From positions 19,302,685-19,366,684 of the forward strand of contig JAHRHZ010000002.1 of NCBI GenBank assembly GCA_024137785.1: DNA of 64,000 nt, given 5' to 3'. Below, piece by piece: positions 26,770 to 40,742 of this stretch (its first letter is position 1; each line of letters starts with the position of its first letter). The translations under genes were made by a program, and so were the position numbers. Source of the stretch: Ginglymostoma cirratum (lineage: Eukaryota). The notes beneath the pieces are model-generated. The model was not told where the DNA came from. It did no database searches and saw nothing but the letters and a program-made list of their open reading frames with translations.

Positions 26770-27936
26770 GGTCCCGCAGCTGTCTGCCGATAACAGAAGA
26801 GTTTCTTTAACGATCTGTTTTTAGCAGCAATCCGTTCTGCACTGTCAAAAAATCATAATGTGTCTAAACATTCTTTTATTATCTTTATCTTATTACCATC
26901 GTGGAAAAAGGGAACATAGAAAGATAAGAATCCTACATAAACGTACCATTCCGACTATGGAGATCTAACACGGTACTTTTGAAGTGTACTGTTGGAATGT
27001 GGAAATTAAATGAACTCTTGGTAAACAAAAGACTGAAGTTTTACCTGGGATGGATGTGGGGTAGGGTGAGATGGTGTTGAAAGGAGTAATGAGATCAAAC
27101 ACGATCTTATGGAAAGGTGCAAACCGGCTCGAGAGTTCGACTGGTCTACTCCTGCTTCTGATTCACATGTTCGTAGAAACCACGGCTGAAAATGCCTACA
27201 CAGCAAGCTCCCACCAAAAAAGCGCTAAGGATAGATTTTCTTTTCCCGCCGCTTAAGGGAGAATAATTTCCTCGGGAAACCGTGGGCTCCTAATTTTCTG
27301 TCCGTCCGATGTGGACGGCTACGTGCGCCTGAGAAGGCGGACGGAGTTCCCACTGAACATTTAGTCTGAACGATGGCACCTCGGACAGCGCAAAATCCCT
27401 TTTTACGGGTATTTTGCTGTCAGTGTGGATATCAGTGGTTAAGTTTTGGATCGATACTTGGACCTTCAACCTTCCAGCTCAGAGATGTGCGTGCAAGTAA
27501 TTGAGACACGGCTGACAGAGCCATAGAAATTTGAAGATTTTACAACACGCTTACAACAGGCTCTCGACCCATTGTGACCGCTCGTTCACATCCAAGAATA
27601 AGCCGCCGTAGTTAATATTTCAAATAGTGACAATAATATACATGTTTTGCTAAGGTATGATGGAACACTCTTGCATAGGATCTATCAAAGGAAAGGGCGT
27701 CTCTGCGAGGTCGAAATCCCGCTTTATTGCTCACAGATAGAATGAAACAGTACCTTCTGATGGCAACTCCGCACGGAAACTTCAGACGATGTCAAAATAG
27801 AATATTGATCACTCAGTGATATACGTGTCACTGGCTACTTTGCACATCATTTCCGGTTAACATTTTTGCCACGTTTAGGAAATGCTCCAGTGTCTTCTTG
27901 GACAAGTTCGCGTTGAATCAGACAATATAATGAATG

Positions 27937-28036
27937 AACAAAAACGAAGTTGCTGGAAAAGCTCAGCAGGTCTGGCAGCATCTGTGAAGGAGAAAACAGA
28001 GTTAACACTTCGGGTCCGGCGACCCTTCCTCAGAAC
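27937..28036 (-). mobile_element. Penelope terminal fragment (family 2) with a hammerhead-like core
   Basis: Same sequence as 61698-61798 and 62240-62341; CTGAGGA-agggtc...gaccc-GAA. Confidence 0.7.
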
Positions 28037-28799
28037 AGAAATATAATGAATGAATGGAGGTTCCGGGATGCCAACACAAATTAATAGCGTTCGTGTTCTT
28101 GGTCATCGTCGTTTAGATCACGCGTTGTTCATTGAAACTTGCTCATGATCATTTCTGATACAATTTAAGAATATCTATATGACCTTATTTAATTTCGAGT
28201 TGTGGGCAATATTCAGATTTGCAGAGACATGTAATGCTCCAGTGTGTTACACACACTTTGTACCGCCTGCCTGATTTTGCGAGCTTTCGAAGGTGATGAA
28301 ACAAATATTCAGGTCAGCTATAAGATGAGGTCAAAAATCACACGACACCAGGTTATTTGAAAACACAATCTTTCGGAGTCTTGCTCTTTCAGTTGATAGT
28401 GAGAGAGGTGGCATCAGACACAGATTTTATAAGTAAAAGATCAAAGGATCATATAACTGATGCAATCGTATTGAACGAACCCAAGATGTCTATTAAATCT
28501 TTAATCAGTTAGGAAAGAAATGCAGGTTTCGATTGATTAATACGTAAATCCCAGAATTTCTTTCAAGTCACTGCCCCGAGATAACTAAAGGTTTTATGAG
28601 TACACCAGAGGTGACATCCCAGGTCAGACAATGCATTTTATGTGTGAAGTTTAGAATCTGTACGCGTTTTAACTTGGAGTCAGATTTTTATTTCCAAAGT
28701 AGGAATTTATAAAATGCCAAATTGACTGTCCACAAGTTGTATGTTTTTGATAAAAATAGAATGTATCTGCAATTACGAAACTGCGAATGCAAATTCAAC

Positions 28800-30290
28800 A
28801 CACAGATACTTGAGTAGATTTGTAGCTCAGGTTGTGGATGCTGTGGTTGGTTCTTTCGCTGACCTGCGTCGTTAGTTCGCAAGGCGTTTCATTACCCTGC
28901 TGGGTAACATCATCAGAGCAGCCTCCGGTGAAGCGTTGTTATGTGTTCCCATCTATTATTTAAACTCTGGGGCCGTTGGTATTGGTTACGCCATTTCCGG
29001 TTTTTCTTCTCAGTGGTGTATATATAGGGTCTAATTCTACGTGTTTATTGTTGGCCTTCTCGGTGGAGAGACAAGCCTCTGGAAATCCCCGTCCTTGACT
29101 CTGTTTAGCTTGTCCTAGGATCCTGATATTGTCCCAATCGAACTGACGGTTCTCCTTATCCGTGTGAATGGAAACGAGTGAGTACTGGTCATGAGATAAC
29201 AAGGTGTAGCGCTGGATGAGCACAGCAGACCAAGCAGCATCAGAGGAGCAGGAAGGCTGCTGTTTGGGCCTAGACCCTTCTTCAGAAAAGGGGCTTCTGA
29301 AGAAGGGTCTAAGCCCGAAACGTCAGCCTTCCTGCTCCTCTGATGCTGCTTGACCTGCTGTGTTCATCCAGCTCTACACCTTGTTATCTCAGATTCTCCA
29401 GCATCTGCAGTTCCTACTATCTCTAGTACTGGTCATGTCTTTTTGTTGCTAGTTGGTGTTCTTGTATTCTTGCGGCCAGTTTCCTTCCTATCTGTCCAAT
29501 GTAATGTTTGTCACAGTCTTTGCATGGGATCTTGTATATCACGTTGGTTCTGTCCATCGTGGGTAAGGGGTAAGAAGAATACCTCTACCAACTATTTAAG
29601 GACAACGGCTACCCCAACAGCTGGGTCCTACGACGCCTATCACACAAACAACAACAGGAAGATACAGTACGCCCTGACACACTCGTCGCATTACCATACA
29701 CCAAGAATATATCCAAAATGACCACAAGACTCCTACGACCACTGGGCATCAGAGTGGCACACAAACCTACATCAACCCTACGCCAACTGCTAACTCGAAC
29801 CAAAAACTCCTCACTCAGTATGGACAGAAGCAACTTGATATACAAGATCCCATGCAAACACTGCGACAAACAATACATCGGATAGACAGGAAGGAAACTG
29901 GCCACAAGAATGCAAGAACACCAACTAGCATCAAAAAGACATGACCAGTACTCACTTGTTTCCATTCACACGGAGAAGGAGAACCATCAGTCCGACTGGG
30001 ACAACATCAGGATCCTAGGACAGGGCAAACAAAGGCAAGCACGGGATTTTCTAGAGGCCTGGTTCTCCACCAAAAAGGCCAACAATAAACACATAAAATT
30101 AGACCCTATACATACACCGCTGCGAAGAAAAACTGGAAATGAGGTAACCAATTCCAACGGACCCTGGAGTTGAATACCAGGCGGGAAAACACAACACTTC
30201 AGGCTGCATCGATGATGTTACACAGCAGAGTAATGAAACATCTGCAAACTAACGAACCAGTTCGGCGAGCGAACCACTCACATCACCCCT
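28800..30290. mobile_element. Penelope-like (GIY-YIG) element with inverted arms (28800-29560 minus; 29570-30290 plus)
   Basis: IYKIPCKHCDKQYIG-TGRKLATRMQEH...DWDNIRILG...FLEAW on + and a closely similar sequence on -; hammerhead-like core CTGATGA-tgttacccagcagggtaat-GAAA at 28887-28916 (-). Confidence 0.88.
29194..29424. mobile_element. Palindromic Penelope-terminus element nested in another PLE, 13-bp TSD agtactggtcatg
   Basis: TSD at 29181-29193 and 29425-29437; arms of about 92 bp around a 7-nt loop; CTGAAGA-agggtctaagccc-GAAA-cGTC. Confidence 0.85.
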
Positions 30291-30294
30291 TAAA

Positions 30295-30301
<7 letters not shown>

Positions 30302-30331
<30 letters not shown>
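30302..30331 (+). repeat. (GT)n microsatellite
   Basis: About 15 GT units read directly. Confidence 0.95.
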
Positions 30332-30334
<3 letters not shown>

Positions 30335-31234
30335 TGCATGCGCATGTCCGTGTGGAAGACAGTGTGTGTGTAAGGCAGAGAGAGAGCGTGTGTGAGGAAG
30401 AGGGAGACAGAGAGGGTGGCACCTCCACATCATGGCTGTAGGATGAACCACTCTTCCGCTTTCTTGTGTTCTGCATATCAACTGAAGTTAAACTTTGATC
30501 CATGGCAGTGTATTAGTTCTTGGGCCGTAGATTTTTTTGAAAAATGCAAATCGGCTGCCTGCTTTCATCCCGACCCATCTGCAATACATGTGAAAATTGG
30601 GCCTGATTTGAAGCGGGCTGCCCAATGCGTGATCGTCCGTCCACCCAATCTTGGCACCATGCTGTACATCTTTTTACGTTCAAGTCTTATGTTTTATTTT
30701 CTGATGTCCGAAAATTTCTACACTAATTAGGTGACATGTTAAAATGCGCGATCCATGGTATTAAAACAAAATATAATTTTTTTTGGAAATGTCTTCATCG
30801 TCTCGTTGGAAACGGAGAGATGATCAGGCAAGGTAGAAACAATTTTGATGTTTAAATCAAATCAAGAAGCAATTATATGGTTCCTTTCTTATCCTTTCAT
30901 TTCTGCTTGCCTTCCTTCGCCTTCTCTTCCTTCTGTCCGAAAGTGGAGATGAAAGCCATTTTGCACATCTCTCCCTTTTAGATTTAAATTTATTTAATAT
31001 TGTCATTTGTACCTAGGCACAGTGGAAAGTGGATAACGCCGCCAAGTTCCAACGCCATCGTGGATTTCGGAATAAACTGTGGAATAAATTGTATAAATGG
31101 TTAAAAGCCAAGTAAATTAATAGTAAATTAGCATTACTAAAACTGAAATAGCTCCCAAAGATCATCTTTCCCTCTCCGTAAACTTCAGTCTCTCAACTCC
31201 TCCAGTCCCCGCATCCCACATCTTCCTCGGGGTC

Positions 31235-31628
31235 ATAGAGTCATACAACATGGAAACAGATCCTTCGGTCCAACCAGTCCATGCCGACCATAATCTCAAA
31301 CTAAACTAGACCCACCTGCCTGCGCTAGGCTCATACCCCTCCAAACATTTCTTATTCACGTCCTTATCTAAAGGTCTTTTAAACATTGTCACTGTAACCC
31401 CTTCCATCGCTTCCTTTGGAAATTCATTTCACACACTCCGTGAACCAAAGTTGCCCCTCATGTCGTTTTCTAATAACGACATTTTCTAATAAGAATCTTT
31501 CGCCTCTCCCTTAAAAATTTACCCCCTAGTCTTGAAACCCCCGCCACAGGGAAAAGAAACCTGCCCACTCACCTATTCTATACCCCTCATGATTTTAGAA
31601 ACCTCTATAATGTCACGTCTCAACCGCC
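31235..31628 (-). mobile_element. CR1 LINE 3' end
   Basis: catagagtcata tail; reverse strand encodes an RDIIEVSKIM-like segment. Confidence 0.8.
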
Positions 31629-34344
31629 TACGTTCCAGGGCGCTGGCATTGTGCTCCTTTTCTGCCGCCCCAGACGCCGTGGTTTCCGCGTCCGCCCCCT
31701 CCGAGCTGGGGACTGTCACAATGCACGGGTCCCTCACCTCCTCCGACGCTGGACATCGACTGACTCTGAGTAAACAGAGCGCCAGGATAGAAATAGAGCG
31801 GGGATGGAGATACCCGGGGTCCCGCCATGCCGTGGGAGGGCATCAGCAGGAAGCCTCAGGGTAACCAAAGCAAAAGCAAAACAAAGTTGCCGGGCTGGAA
31901 AGACAACGAAGAGGCCGTGTGGCAGCGGCAGAGCCAGCCGCATGAGCACGAACTATGTTCAGGAGTCAAACACTGCTGACCCTGCCGTTGCCACTATCTT
32001 AGAAGCAATTGATCAGTTCCGGTGCCACGCTCTTCAGCTACACAAAGCAATTATCCTCTTTTGTAAAATCAAGTCTATCCAGAAAGATAACAACTCCCGA
32101 AAGCTTGGCGACTTGCATATCACAACCGTGTTTTATTTATAAAGTTAGATATATTGAAAGTTCAGCACCAGAATGGAAAAAGTGGAATTGCAGCCTTTCA
32201 CAGCTTTTTGACACACGGTCTTCGATGTATTTATAATTGTGCAGATGTTGTTGCACTGTAAGAAACGTGGCAGAGAGTTTATGCGCAGCAAGTTGCCACA
32301 AGCAACATTTTGGAAATGATCAGCAACCCATTTCTAGTGATTCTAAAGGGTAAGTATTGGGAAGCAAGAATTCCCATGAAGGTCTTAAAAATTATGAACG
32401 TGGGTTACTTTACATCCACTTAAGACAAGTGAAATCTCATCAATGGACATAAATTCCTTCATTTCAGCCTTCCCTTAGTCCTGCCGGGGAGCACAAACTT
32501 CCAATTTTCTACAAATTTCGGTGAATCTGATTTGCCCCCGCGACCAGCAGATTATCAGTTGTGCCTTCTGATTATCCTCGAGACCAGATCAGCAACGAAC
32601 CAACCAGCAAATATGGTTTCGGCCTCCTGGAACAAAGTTGCAGATTGTTGCATGACACATTGGAGCTAACAGTTCCCTTGGCAGTGCTTTAAGTGTTTGC
32701 AATACTAATTTAGATGGCACACAATTAGGAAGTTGGTGGAATAAAACGATTTCCCACCAATATTATTGAGTGAAATCTGGTCTCCATGGCCACGACTTTA
32801 CTGCCAATCACACACTGGCTTTGTGAAGACCAAGGCATTGAACTTGCTCATTGCTCGTTTGTATCTTGATTAGAAAAGGCGAGGAAATACATAGCTGAAT
32901 CGCGCAGCATGGGTAGCGAAGAAACCCTATAAATGTTATTCTTGCTTGAGATCGGCGGAGCGCTCTCCACTCAATGTAGAGCGTTGGAATTACACGGGCG
33001 ACAGTCATTGGGAGAGATATGCCGAAATGAATCAGATTAGAGACGGTGCTGCAGACTGTCACCAATGGTGTCAAAGGTCATCATACCTATTGGCTGACCA
33101 CCAAACAGTTCATCTAAATCCGGTGCAGATTAGTCGATAGCTGACCTGTCACTGCTTCCCTGCTTCCATAGGTCTCTCAAAATTCTGATCATAAGTGAAT
33201 TCAATTCATCACACCAGACTGACAAACAAAACGTATAAGACGATAACTCTTTGACTAGAAAACTGGTTGGCGACGTTCACGTGGCTAACATAGAATATGC
33301 ATTAGCACCATATTGTCACGTTGTGTTCCAACTATAAGCACAATGCACCTGTCACCAACCTAAACTTGATCTTCTTCACCTTAGAATAGAAAGAGAAAGT
33401 GCTGAAGAAACTCAGAAGTCTGGCAGCATACGTGGCGAGTAAAATAGCGTTAAATTGTGTGTCAAATGATTCTTCTTCAGAACTGACTTATTTCCGACAG
33501 TATTATATACTTTTATTTCTGATTTAGAGCAGACACAGCAATTAGTTTTTGTTTGAACACAGAATAGCTTTCCCATAAGAAGTAAGGCTCGCCAAGTGTA
33601 GATCACTGAAATAAAACGTAAACGGAATGTATTCATCTGGCAAGGGAAATGTTCAGTGGAATCGCATGAACAGGATACAGCGTTTGTTAAAGGAACTTGC
33701 TGCTGTTGATGATAGAATCACCAACCACCCCCACCCACAAAACCTATCTGCTCAATGAAAAAATAGTGCTGAACATGTTATCTCTATCTACCACTTCACT
33801 CAAATAGACCAGTAGCGCCAGGAAGTTACCATATTGCCATCAATCAACGTTGACATTGTGGCACTGAAGCATCCTGATAGTGTCACATATGGGTCTCACA
33901 TTCACCATCAAGAAGTCACCCAACTCTGAACTACATATGCTCATTGAAAAAGAACTGCAGCTGTTAGATCCAAGTTGAATTAGAGAAGTTGGAACAACAC
34001 TATTCTTGCCTTGAATACCAAACTATCAATCAAAAACCTGTGTCCTCCACTCACACTTCATTGACATATGCTAGGTAGGAGGCAAGGGTGAATGCTTTCC
34101 AAATTTGCTATCATAAATATATTATCCTCACCACTTCTAGGCACCACCTCTGTATTCTTAGAGTTTACGAATTCCGCAAACCACTCCACCCAAAAATGCT
34201 GACTCTGTTGCCGTCGCTCCGGGACTAGTAAGATTTAGAGACAGGGAGATATTGCTGGAAAGTGCCAAGACATGACCTAATAGAATGGTAAGTCAGATTC
34301 GATGCACTAAATATCAGATCGTTGAATAGTTGCTTCATATCACA

Positions 34345-34624
34345 GAAGCCCTACAGTGGGGAAAAAGGGCATTCAACACACCAAGTCCACACTGACCCTC
34401 CGAAGAACATCCCACCCAGACCCAACCCCCACCCCACATTTCGTTGTAACCCTACATTTCCAAAGGCCAATCAACCTGCATAACTTTGGGCCGTGGGAAG
34501 AAACCCACGCAGGCACGGGGAGGATGTGCAAACTCCATACAGGCACTCGCACGAAGGTAGAATCGAATCCAAGCCCCTGGTCTGTGAAGCAGCGGTGCTA
34601 ACCACCGAGCCACCATACCGCCCA
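34345..34624 (-). mobile_element. HE1/V-SINE
   Basis: gtgaagcagcggtgctaaccaccgagccacc head on the reverse strand. Confidence 0.8.
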
Positions 34625-36187
34625 GTGCTTAGCAGTGTAAAGCATTAGGCCAGACCATCTTTGGTTGCTTGATCAATGCCCTTCACTGTATCATCGAAAG
34701 TGGGAATATTAGCTGATTGGACAGTGTTCTGCGTCAATTGCAACTCCTCAGGTGCTGAAGAAGTTCATGTCCAATTGCAGCAGGACCTGGAAATTATCCA
34801 GGTTCGGATTGATAATTGGCAAGTAACATTCGCCTCATTTGGGACAGGCAATCGCAAAAAGAGAGAATCTAAACATTGCCAGTGACATTCAATAACATTG
34901 CCAATTCTGAATCTCCGGCTATCAACATGGTGAGGTTGTCATTGACTCTACACCGAATCAGGATATCCGTATAAACGTAGTGGCAGCAAGAGCAGGTCAG
35001 CGGGTAGCAATCCCGCAAAAGTAACTCATCTTCTGACTCCCCAAATCTTGCCTAGCTTCGACAAGGCACAAGTTTGAAATGTGTTGGAAAGCTCCCAATT
35101 TACTGGGATGAGTGCAGCTCATCACGGACAAAAAAACACACGACTTTTGATTGACACCTCATCCACAAACATTTATTCCCTCCACTAACAGCCCTCAGTA
35201 ACAGCTGTATATGGTCTCTACAAAATGCACTGCAGAATTCACCAATCTCCTTAGACAGCACCTTCCAGATCCAAGACCACTACTATCCAGAAGGAAAGGA
35301 CAAAAGATACATGGAAACATCTCCAACTGAAAGCTTCTCTCCAAACCACACACCATCCTGAATTGGAAATACGTCAGTCCCTTCGGTGTTGCTGAATCAA
35401 AATCCTGGAACTCCCTCTCTAATCGCACGAATTCACTCAATTCAATCAAACAGTTTTTGGGTTTTTTTGGCACTTGAACTCGATTTTTGCGACGTTGGTA
35501 TTATAATCGCCGAGCTACGCTGCCAGTGATGCAGCACGGGGAGACAACAATTAGCTGTCCTGCTCGACTCAATGTCCAGCAAAAGCAATGTGGATATGAA
35601 GGGTCTAGGCCCGAAACGTCAAGCTTTCCTGCTCCTATGATGCTGCTTGGCCTGCTGTGTTCATCCAGCTCCACACCTCGTTTACCTTGGATAATATTGT
35701 TCACTCGGCTGCATTACCTCAATACTACCACCAGGCGTCAGCACATTATCATGATTCCTTCGCTTGTTATGAGTCGTTCGGTGTCTGCGGCGGCTGGGAA
35801 AGAAAAGTATCTTTATCGGAGGAAGAATGCTGCCAATGCGACTTACAATCCACTGAAGTGTTCCTGGGGCCGGAGGAGGGTGGTGGAGAGTGAGGAAAGA
35901 TGGGGAAAATATGTAGAGAATCATAGAATTATACAGTACAGATGAACGGCACTTCGGCCCATCGAGTTTCAGCAGCCAAAAGTATACTGCGACCTATACT
36001 AGTTTCTTTTCCTCACGGGGCCCATAGCCTTGAATGTAATGGAAGTTAAAGGCTGCATTGACTTTAGAGAGTAAAAGAAAGGCTAATGTTTAAAACGTTG
36101 CCTTTCCTCAGATACCAGTAGTACTGTAGTTGCCTAGCGATGGTGAAGAGTTGGATGTAGAGGTGCTGGTGTTGGGCTGGGTGGGCA

Positions 36188-37222
36188 AAATCACAAGTCA
36201 CGTGACACCAGATTATAGTCCAACAGGTTTACTTTAAAATCACAAGGTTTCCGGGCGCTGCTCCTTCGTCAAGTGAAAATGGACGGAGCACACAGGCGCA
36301 GAATTTACAGGCGGAAAGATGATCATTCCAGACAATTGAGTGTCGAAACACATATGAGCACCGCCTACCACGCACATATTAGGTACTTGTGACTCCATCA
36401 ATGTTGTCTACTTCATACGCTGCAGGAAAGGATAGCCCGAGGCATGGTATATTTCGGCTGGATCATGCAGACACTATGACAACGAACAAGTGGGACACCC
36501 GCGCAACAATAGCCAGACGGGAGTGTTCCCTCCCATTCAGGGAACACTTCAGCTGTCAAAGACATTCAGCCTCCGATCTTCGGGTAAGCGTCCACCGAAG
36601 CAAACTTCGAGCTACACAACAGACTCGCAGAGCAGAAACTGATAGCCAAGCTTTCCATAACAACGAAGACGTCCTCACCCGTGATCTTGGGCTCATATCG
36701 TGCTATATGTAATCACACCATACTGTTCTGCGTTTGTTAAATCTTCCTTACTGTTCTGTTTGGACACCATCGCCTTGATAACTTGTTATGATCTTGCTAA
36801 TTAGTTTGTACTGTTTTAGATTACTTGTTAGTTTGGTCAGACTCTCGTCATATGACTCATATTGATCATACGATTTCTAGCCATTTGGTTTGTCTCTAGC
36901 ACCACATTTTTTTTTAATTTTTGTAATTATCTCTCTGCCTTAATTAATCGAATTATAGGTCATCCCTTCATTTGCCAGTTGGGTATTGACACCTTACACC
37001 GTTTGACACTTCTGATCACCTGCAAAGACTTGATATTCAGCTTGTCGACACTCCACTCACACCATTTGTACTATCTTTGGCACTCTCGATTACCTAGGAT
37101 TACCTTGCAATGATCTCTCTGCCTATAAATTCTGCACATGTGCGCTTTCCTGCACTTCATTTGAGGAAGTAGCAGTGCTTGGAAAGCTTGTGATTTCAAA
37201 TACACGTGTTGGACTATAACCC
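36188..37222. mobile_element. Penelope-like element (third family) with inverted termini and GIY-YIG remnant
   Basis: Termini gacaccagattatagtccaaca / tgttggactataacccggtgtc are inverted; decayed endonuclease sequence 36370-36710; related fragment at 28335-28800. Confidence 0.7.
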
Positions 37223-38702
37223 GGTGTCGTGTGATTTCTGATATATTGAAAAGCAAAGACTATTGAATGGATCTGCTGTTAAACACCTCGCATGCGATTA
37301 ACAAAAAAAGGGGGCAACATGTGCATTCCCTGAAAGGACTTTGTAAACAGGACTAATAGTAGCTGTTAAAAGAGAATCGTCTAAAGTTGGATTGAACGAG
37401 AGTATGAAGAAAATAAAAGGGACTCGGACTCTTTCTGAGGCAACGCTTGCTGACAATCTGTCAGGGATGTATTGCAGATATAACTTCCTCTGTGCTGTAT
37501 CACCAGTGTTTGAAATGATTGACTGCAAAATGATTGACAGAAAATCGGAAGGCATGTTTAATCCGTTACCGCCACTGAGGCTTTATTCCACTATCCCTCT
37601 TCGACTCGCAACGTTCGCGTTGATTTCGTCCTGTATTGCAACTGTGTGCGGTACATCCTACACTGTACTCATGAGGTCCTGTCGCAGTAGAATTTTCTGG
37701 CCAGTTATCCATTTGGTTGTCACGTGTCAGACAATTTGCTCAAAGAACTGGAAAAGCGATCCGTTGTTAGTTGCGCACCACAGGTCCACGTTTCAAACAA
37801 TTTCCATGGCCTTGCGAACTCAAAGCAAATGGCTCACTGGTCCTAAGGCGGTTTACAAATTTGGCGTCCTGTAACTTCCTAGTCGTCAAATTGCCTGTGC
37901 AGCAAATACAAGCGACTGGTGACTTGTTTGGGTCCTGCCATAGAGTCGAATTGTTTGCTGGTTAACATCACCATGCTCATAATCCAACACGAATGGTGTA
38001 GTGTTTTTAGACCCATAGAACTTAAAATCGGACCGAAGCGTCTCTTTCCACCTTGATGGATAAAAGCAAACTGAACTATTTCATGGTGGAAAAGAAAATT
38101 AGACTTTTTAAAAGAAAAAAAACTCATCCAATGATAACCATATGGCCACTACCGATTTTAATCAAATCCGCTTAGTTCACTAGTGTACTTTAGGGAAGAA
38201 TATCTGTCATCCTTACCTTGTCTGGGATACAAGTGACTCCAGCAATATGATTGACACTTAAATGCCATCTGGGCAATTAGGGATGGGCAGTATTCAGTGG
38301 CCTAGCCAATAATCCACATCCCGTTAATGAATGAAGAAACGTTACTGTAAATATCGGGCTATTCAAGAGCAAAGAACCCGTCTAAAGTCCTACCTTACAA
38401 CTAATTTCTGCTTTTAATTTGCTACGGGGAACGGGTGGAGAGCTGAGGGTCCGTTAGCTCCAAAAAGATAAACCCGATAATAAAGACCGTCAGATGGCAT
38501 GTTTAGTAAGAACAATGTGGAAAGGCAGTTTTTTTTTAATGATGCAGTTTCAAAAGGGCTGCATCAGCTGAGAGACCTGGGGTAGTTTGGAAAGTAGATA
38601 TTCGCCTCCCAAAATAAAGAAAAAGTACTGGAAAAACACGACAGCTCTGGCAGTATCTGTTGAGAGAGAAAGGCAATTAACATTTTGAATCCACTATGAC
38701 TG

Positions 38703-39172
38703 AGGGCAGCATGGTGCCTCAGTGGTTAGCACTGCTACCTCACAATGCCGGGGGCGCGGGTTAGATTCTGCCCTCAGGAAACTGTGTGGAGTTTGTAGTT
38801 GAGACAGTAGGAACTGCCGTTCCTGGAGAATCTGAGATAACAAGGTGCAGAGCTGGATGAACACAGCAGGCTAAGGGTCTCGACCCGAAACGTCAGTTTT
38901 TCCTGCTCCTCTGACGCTGCTTAGCCTGCTGTGTTCATCCAGCTCTACACCTTGTTATCTTGGAGTTTATAGGTTTTCCCTTTGTCTGTGTGGGTTTAGT
39001 CCCACAATCCAAAGATGTGTAGGTTAGATGGTTTGGCCATGCTAAGCTTCCTATAGAGTCCAAGAAGGAGCAGGCTAGATGGTTTAGCTGTGGGAACTGG
39101 TGGGTTAAAGGAATGGTGTAGAATGGAGGGCTGGTGTGGACTCGATGCTTTCACACTGTAGTGATTCTATCA
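38703..39172 (+). mobile_element. HE1/V-SINE interrupted by a fold-back Penelope-terminus insertion (~38800-38960)
   Basis: SINE head, then gagataacaaggtgcagagctggatgaacacagcagg...cctgctgtgttcatccagctctacaccttgttatct; tggagttt flanks both sides. Confidence 0.75.
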
Positions 39173-40384
39173 TCACTCTTGCTGGGAACACAAGCAAAGG
39201 CCCTTCTTGCTTAGCGGTGCTTTTCTGGGACATGTAGTGCTTGGCTGTAAAGGCGCCCCAGCCAGCCTACAGGAGGCAACATTCAGAGATATCTGGCCTC
39301 TTTGGACAGCGAGCAGGCTGCGGCAATAGCAGCCATCTCTCTTCTCCATTGGAAAATAGACCCCACTGGCCTTTAAATGCGACAAGATTGCATTAAACAT
39401 TTTGGAACGTGCTGTGGAAACTTTCTATCCTGCCTCAATTGGAAAATCTTTCGGAGGAAGCAATGTGTATTTTCTTTGACTCTACATTACCTTCACCCCA
39501 CTCCACCCAATCACTTCTACCTCCACATGGGAGGTAAAATCATCTTATAACATACAAATCAAAGAAGTCATGATAGACATTTGTAATACACTGTTCAGCA
39601 CTAAGTGAAGGACAATGCCCAATTCTAGGTTGGGCACTTTAAGAAGATTAGCAAGGCCTTAGGGAGGGAACGTGGAGGAGATGGAATTGGAGACAGGGAT
39701 GAGAGGTCTCAGTTATGCAGAGCCCGGAGAAGCTGGGTTTCTTTGCCTTATCGCAGCAAAATTTAAGAAGAAATTTAATCACGTTGTTCAAAATCATGGA
39801 TGGTTTCGAAAACTTAATCAGGAAAAAAATATTTTCAGTAGCAGATTTTAACAAGGCAAAAACCAGAGAATGCCATCTTTCAGTGATATGCAACATCGCC
39901 AGAAGCAACATGAGAAATCATCTCATCACAAGCCAAGTTTTATGATCATGAATATTGGGTGCTATGCTAGGATTTTCCGAAGTAAAGCACTCGGGAACAT
40001 ATATAATACCCTAGGTGAGGTCTAACAACTGTCATATACAAGTTCAGCAAAACTTCCAGGTTTTTGTACTCTATGCCCCTCTGAATAAAGCCAAGAATGC
40101 TGCATACTCATTTGGTGCTCTCTCCACCTGTCCGTGCACATATACATGCAAGTCTCTTTGCTCCTTCTTATAGAGTTATACTTTTATTTTTATATTGTCA
40201 CTGCATGTTCTTTCTACTGAAATGTATCATCTCACGCTTCACTACACTGAAATTCATTAGCTACCTTCCACCTATTTCCATCAACTTGTCAGTTGTACAT
40301 TTAAGGTTCTACACTATCCTCCCAGATTTAATCTTTAGGACTATTATTGATATGGGAGCACTGGAAGCGGATTGGATTATAGCA

Positions 40385-40742
40385 TGACATAGAGTCGTAC
40401 AGCACGGAAACAGACTCGTCCATACTTACCACGTTTCCCAAACTAAACCAGTCCCATTTGCCTGCTTTTATCCCATATCTCTCTAATCCTTTCCTATTCA
40501 TGTACCTATCCAAATGTCTTTTAAATTTTGTAACTGTACCCGCATCTACCATTTCCTCAGGCAGTTCATTTCACACACGAACCACCTACTGTGTGAAAAT
40601 GTTGCCCCTCGGGTTCCTTTAAATTTTTCTCCTTCCACCTTAACAATATGTCCTGTAATTTTGAACTCCCCAACCTTGGAAAAAGACCTTTGCTAGTTCC
40701 CTTATCTATGCCACTCATGATTTTATAGACCTCTGTAAGATT
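40385..40742 (-). mobile_element. CR1 LINE 3' end
   Basis: ORF VDAGTVTKFKRHLDRYMNRKGLERYG; catagagt tail. Confidence 0.85.

Noticed and set aside
25974-27800. Other minus-strand donor-like sites (~25973, ~26275, ~26946, ~27753) as the gene A leader exon
   Set aside because: None encodes a Met-initiated hydrophobic signal peptide; 26727-26769 fits much better. The upstream ones could still be non-coding exons.
37392-37874. 160-aa ORF containing LSEATLADNLSGMYCRY, reminiscent of an Ig F-strand
   Set aside because: No upstream Cys/Trp at Ig spacing, non-ATG start, no supporting splice sites; likely chance.
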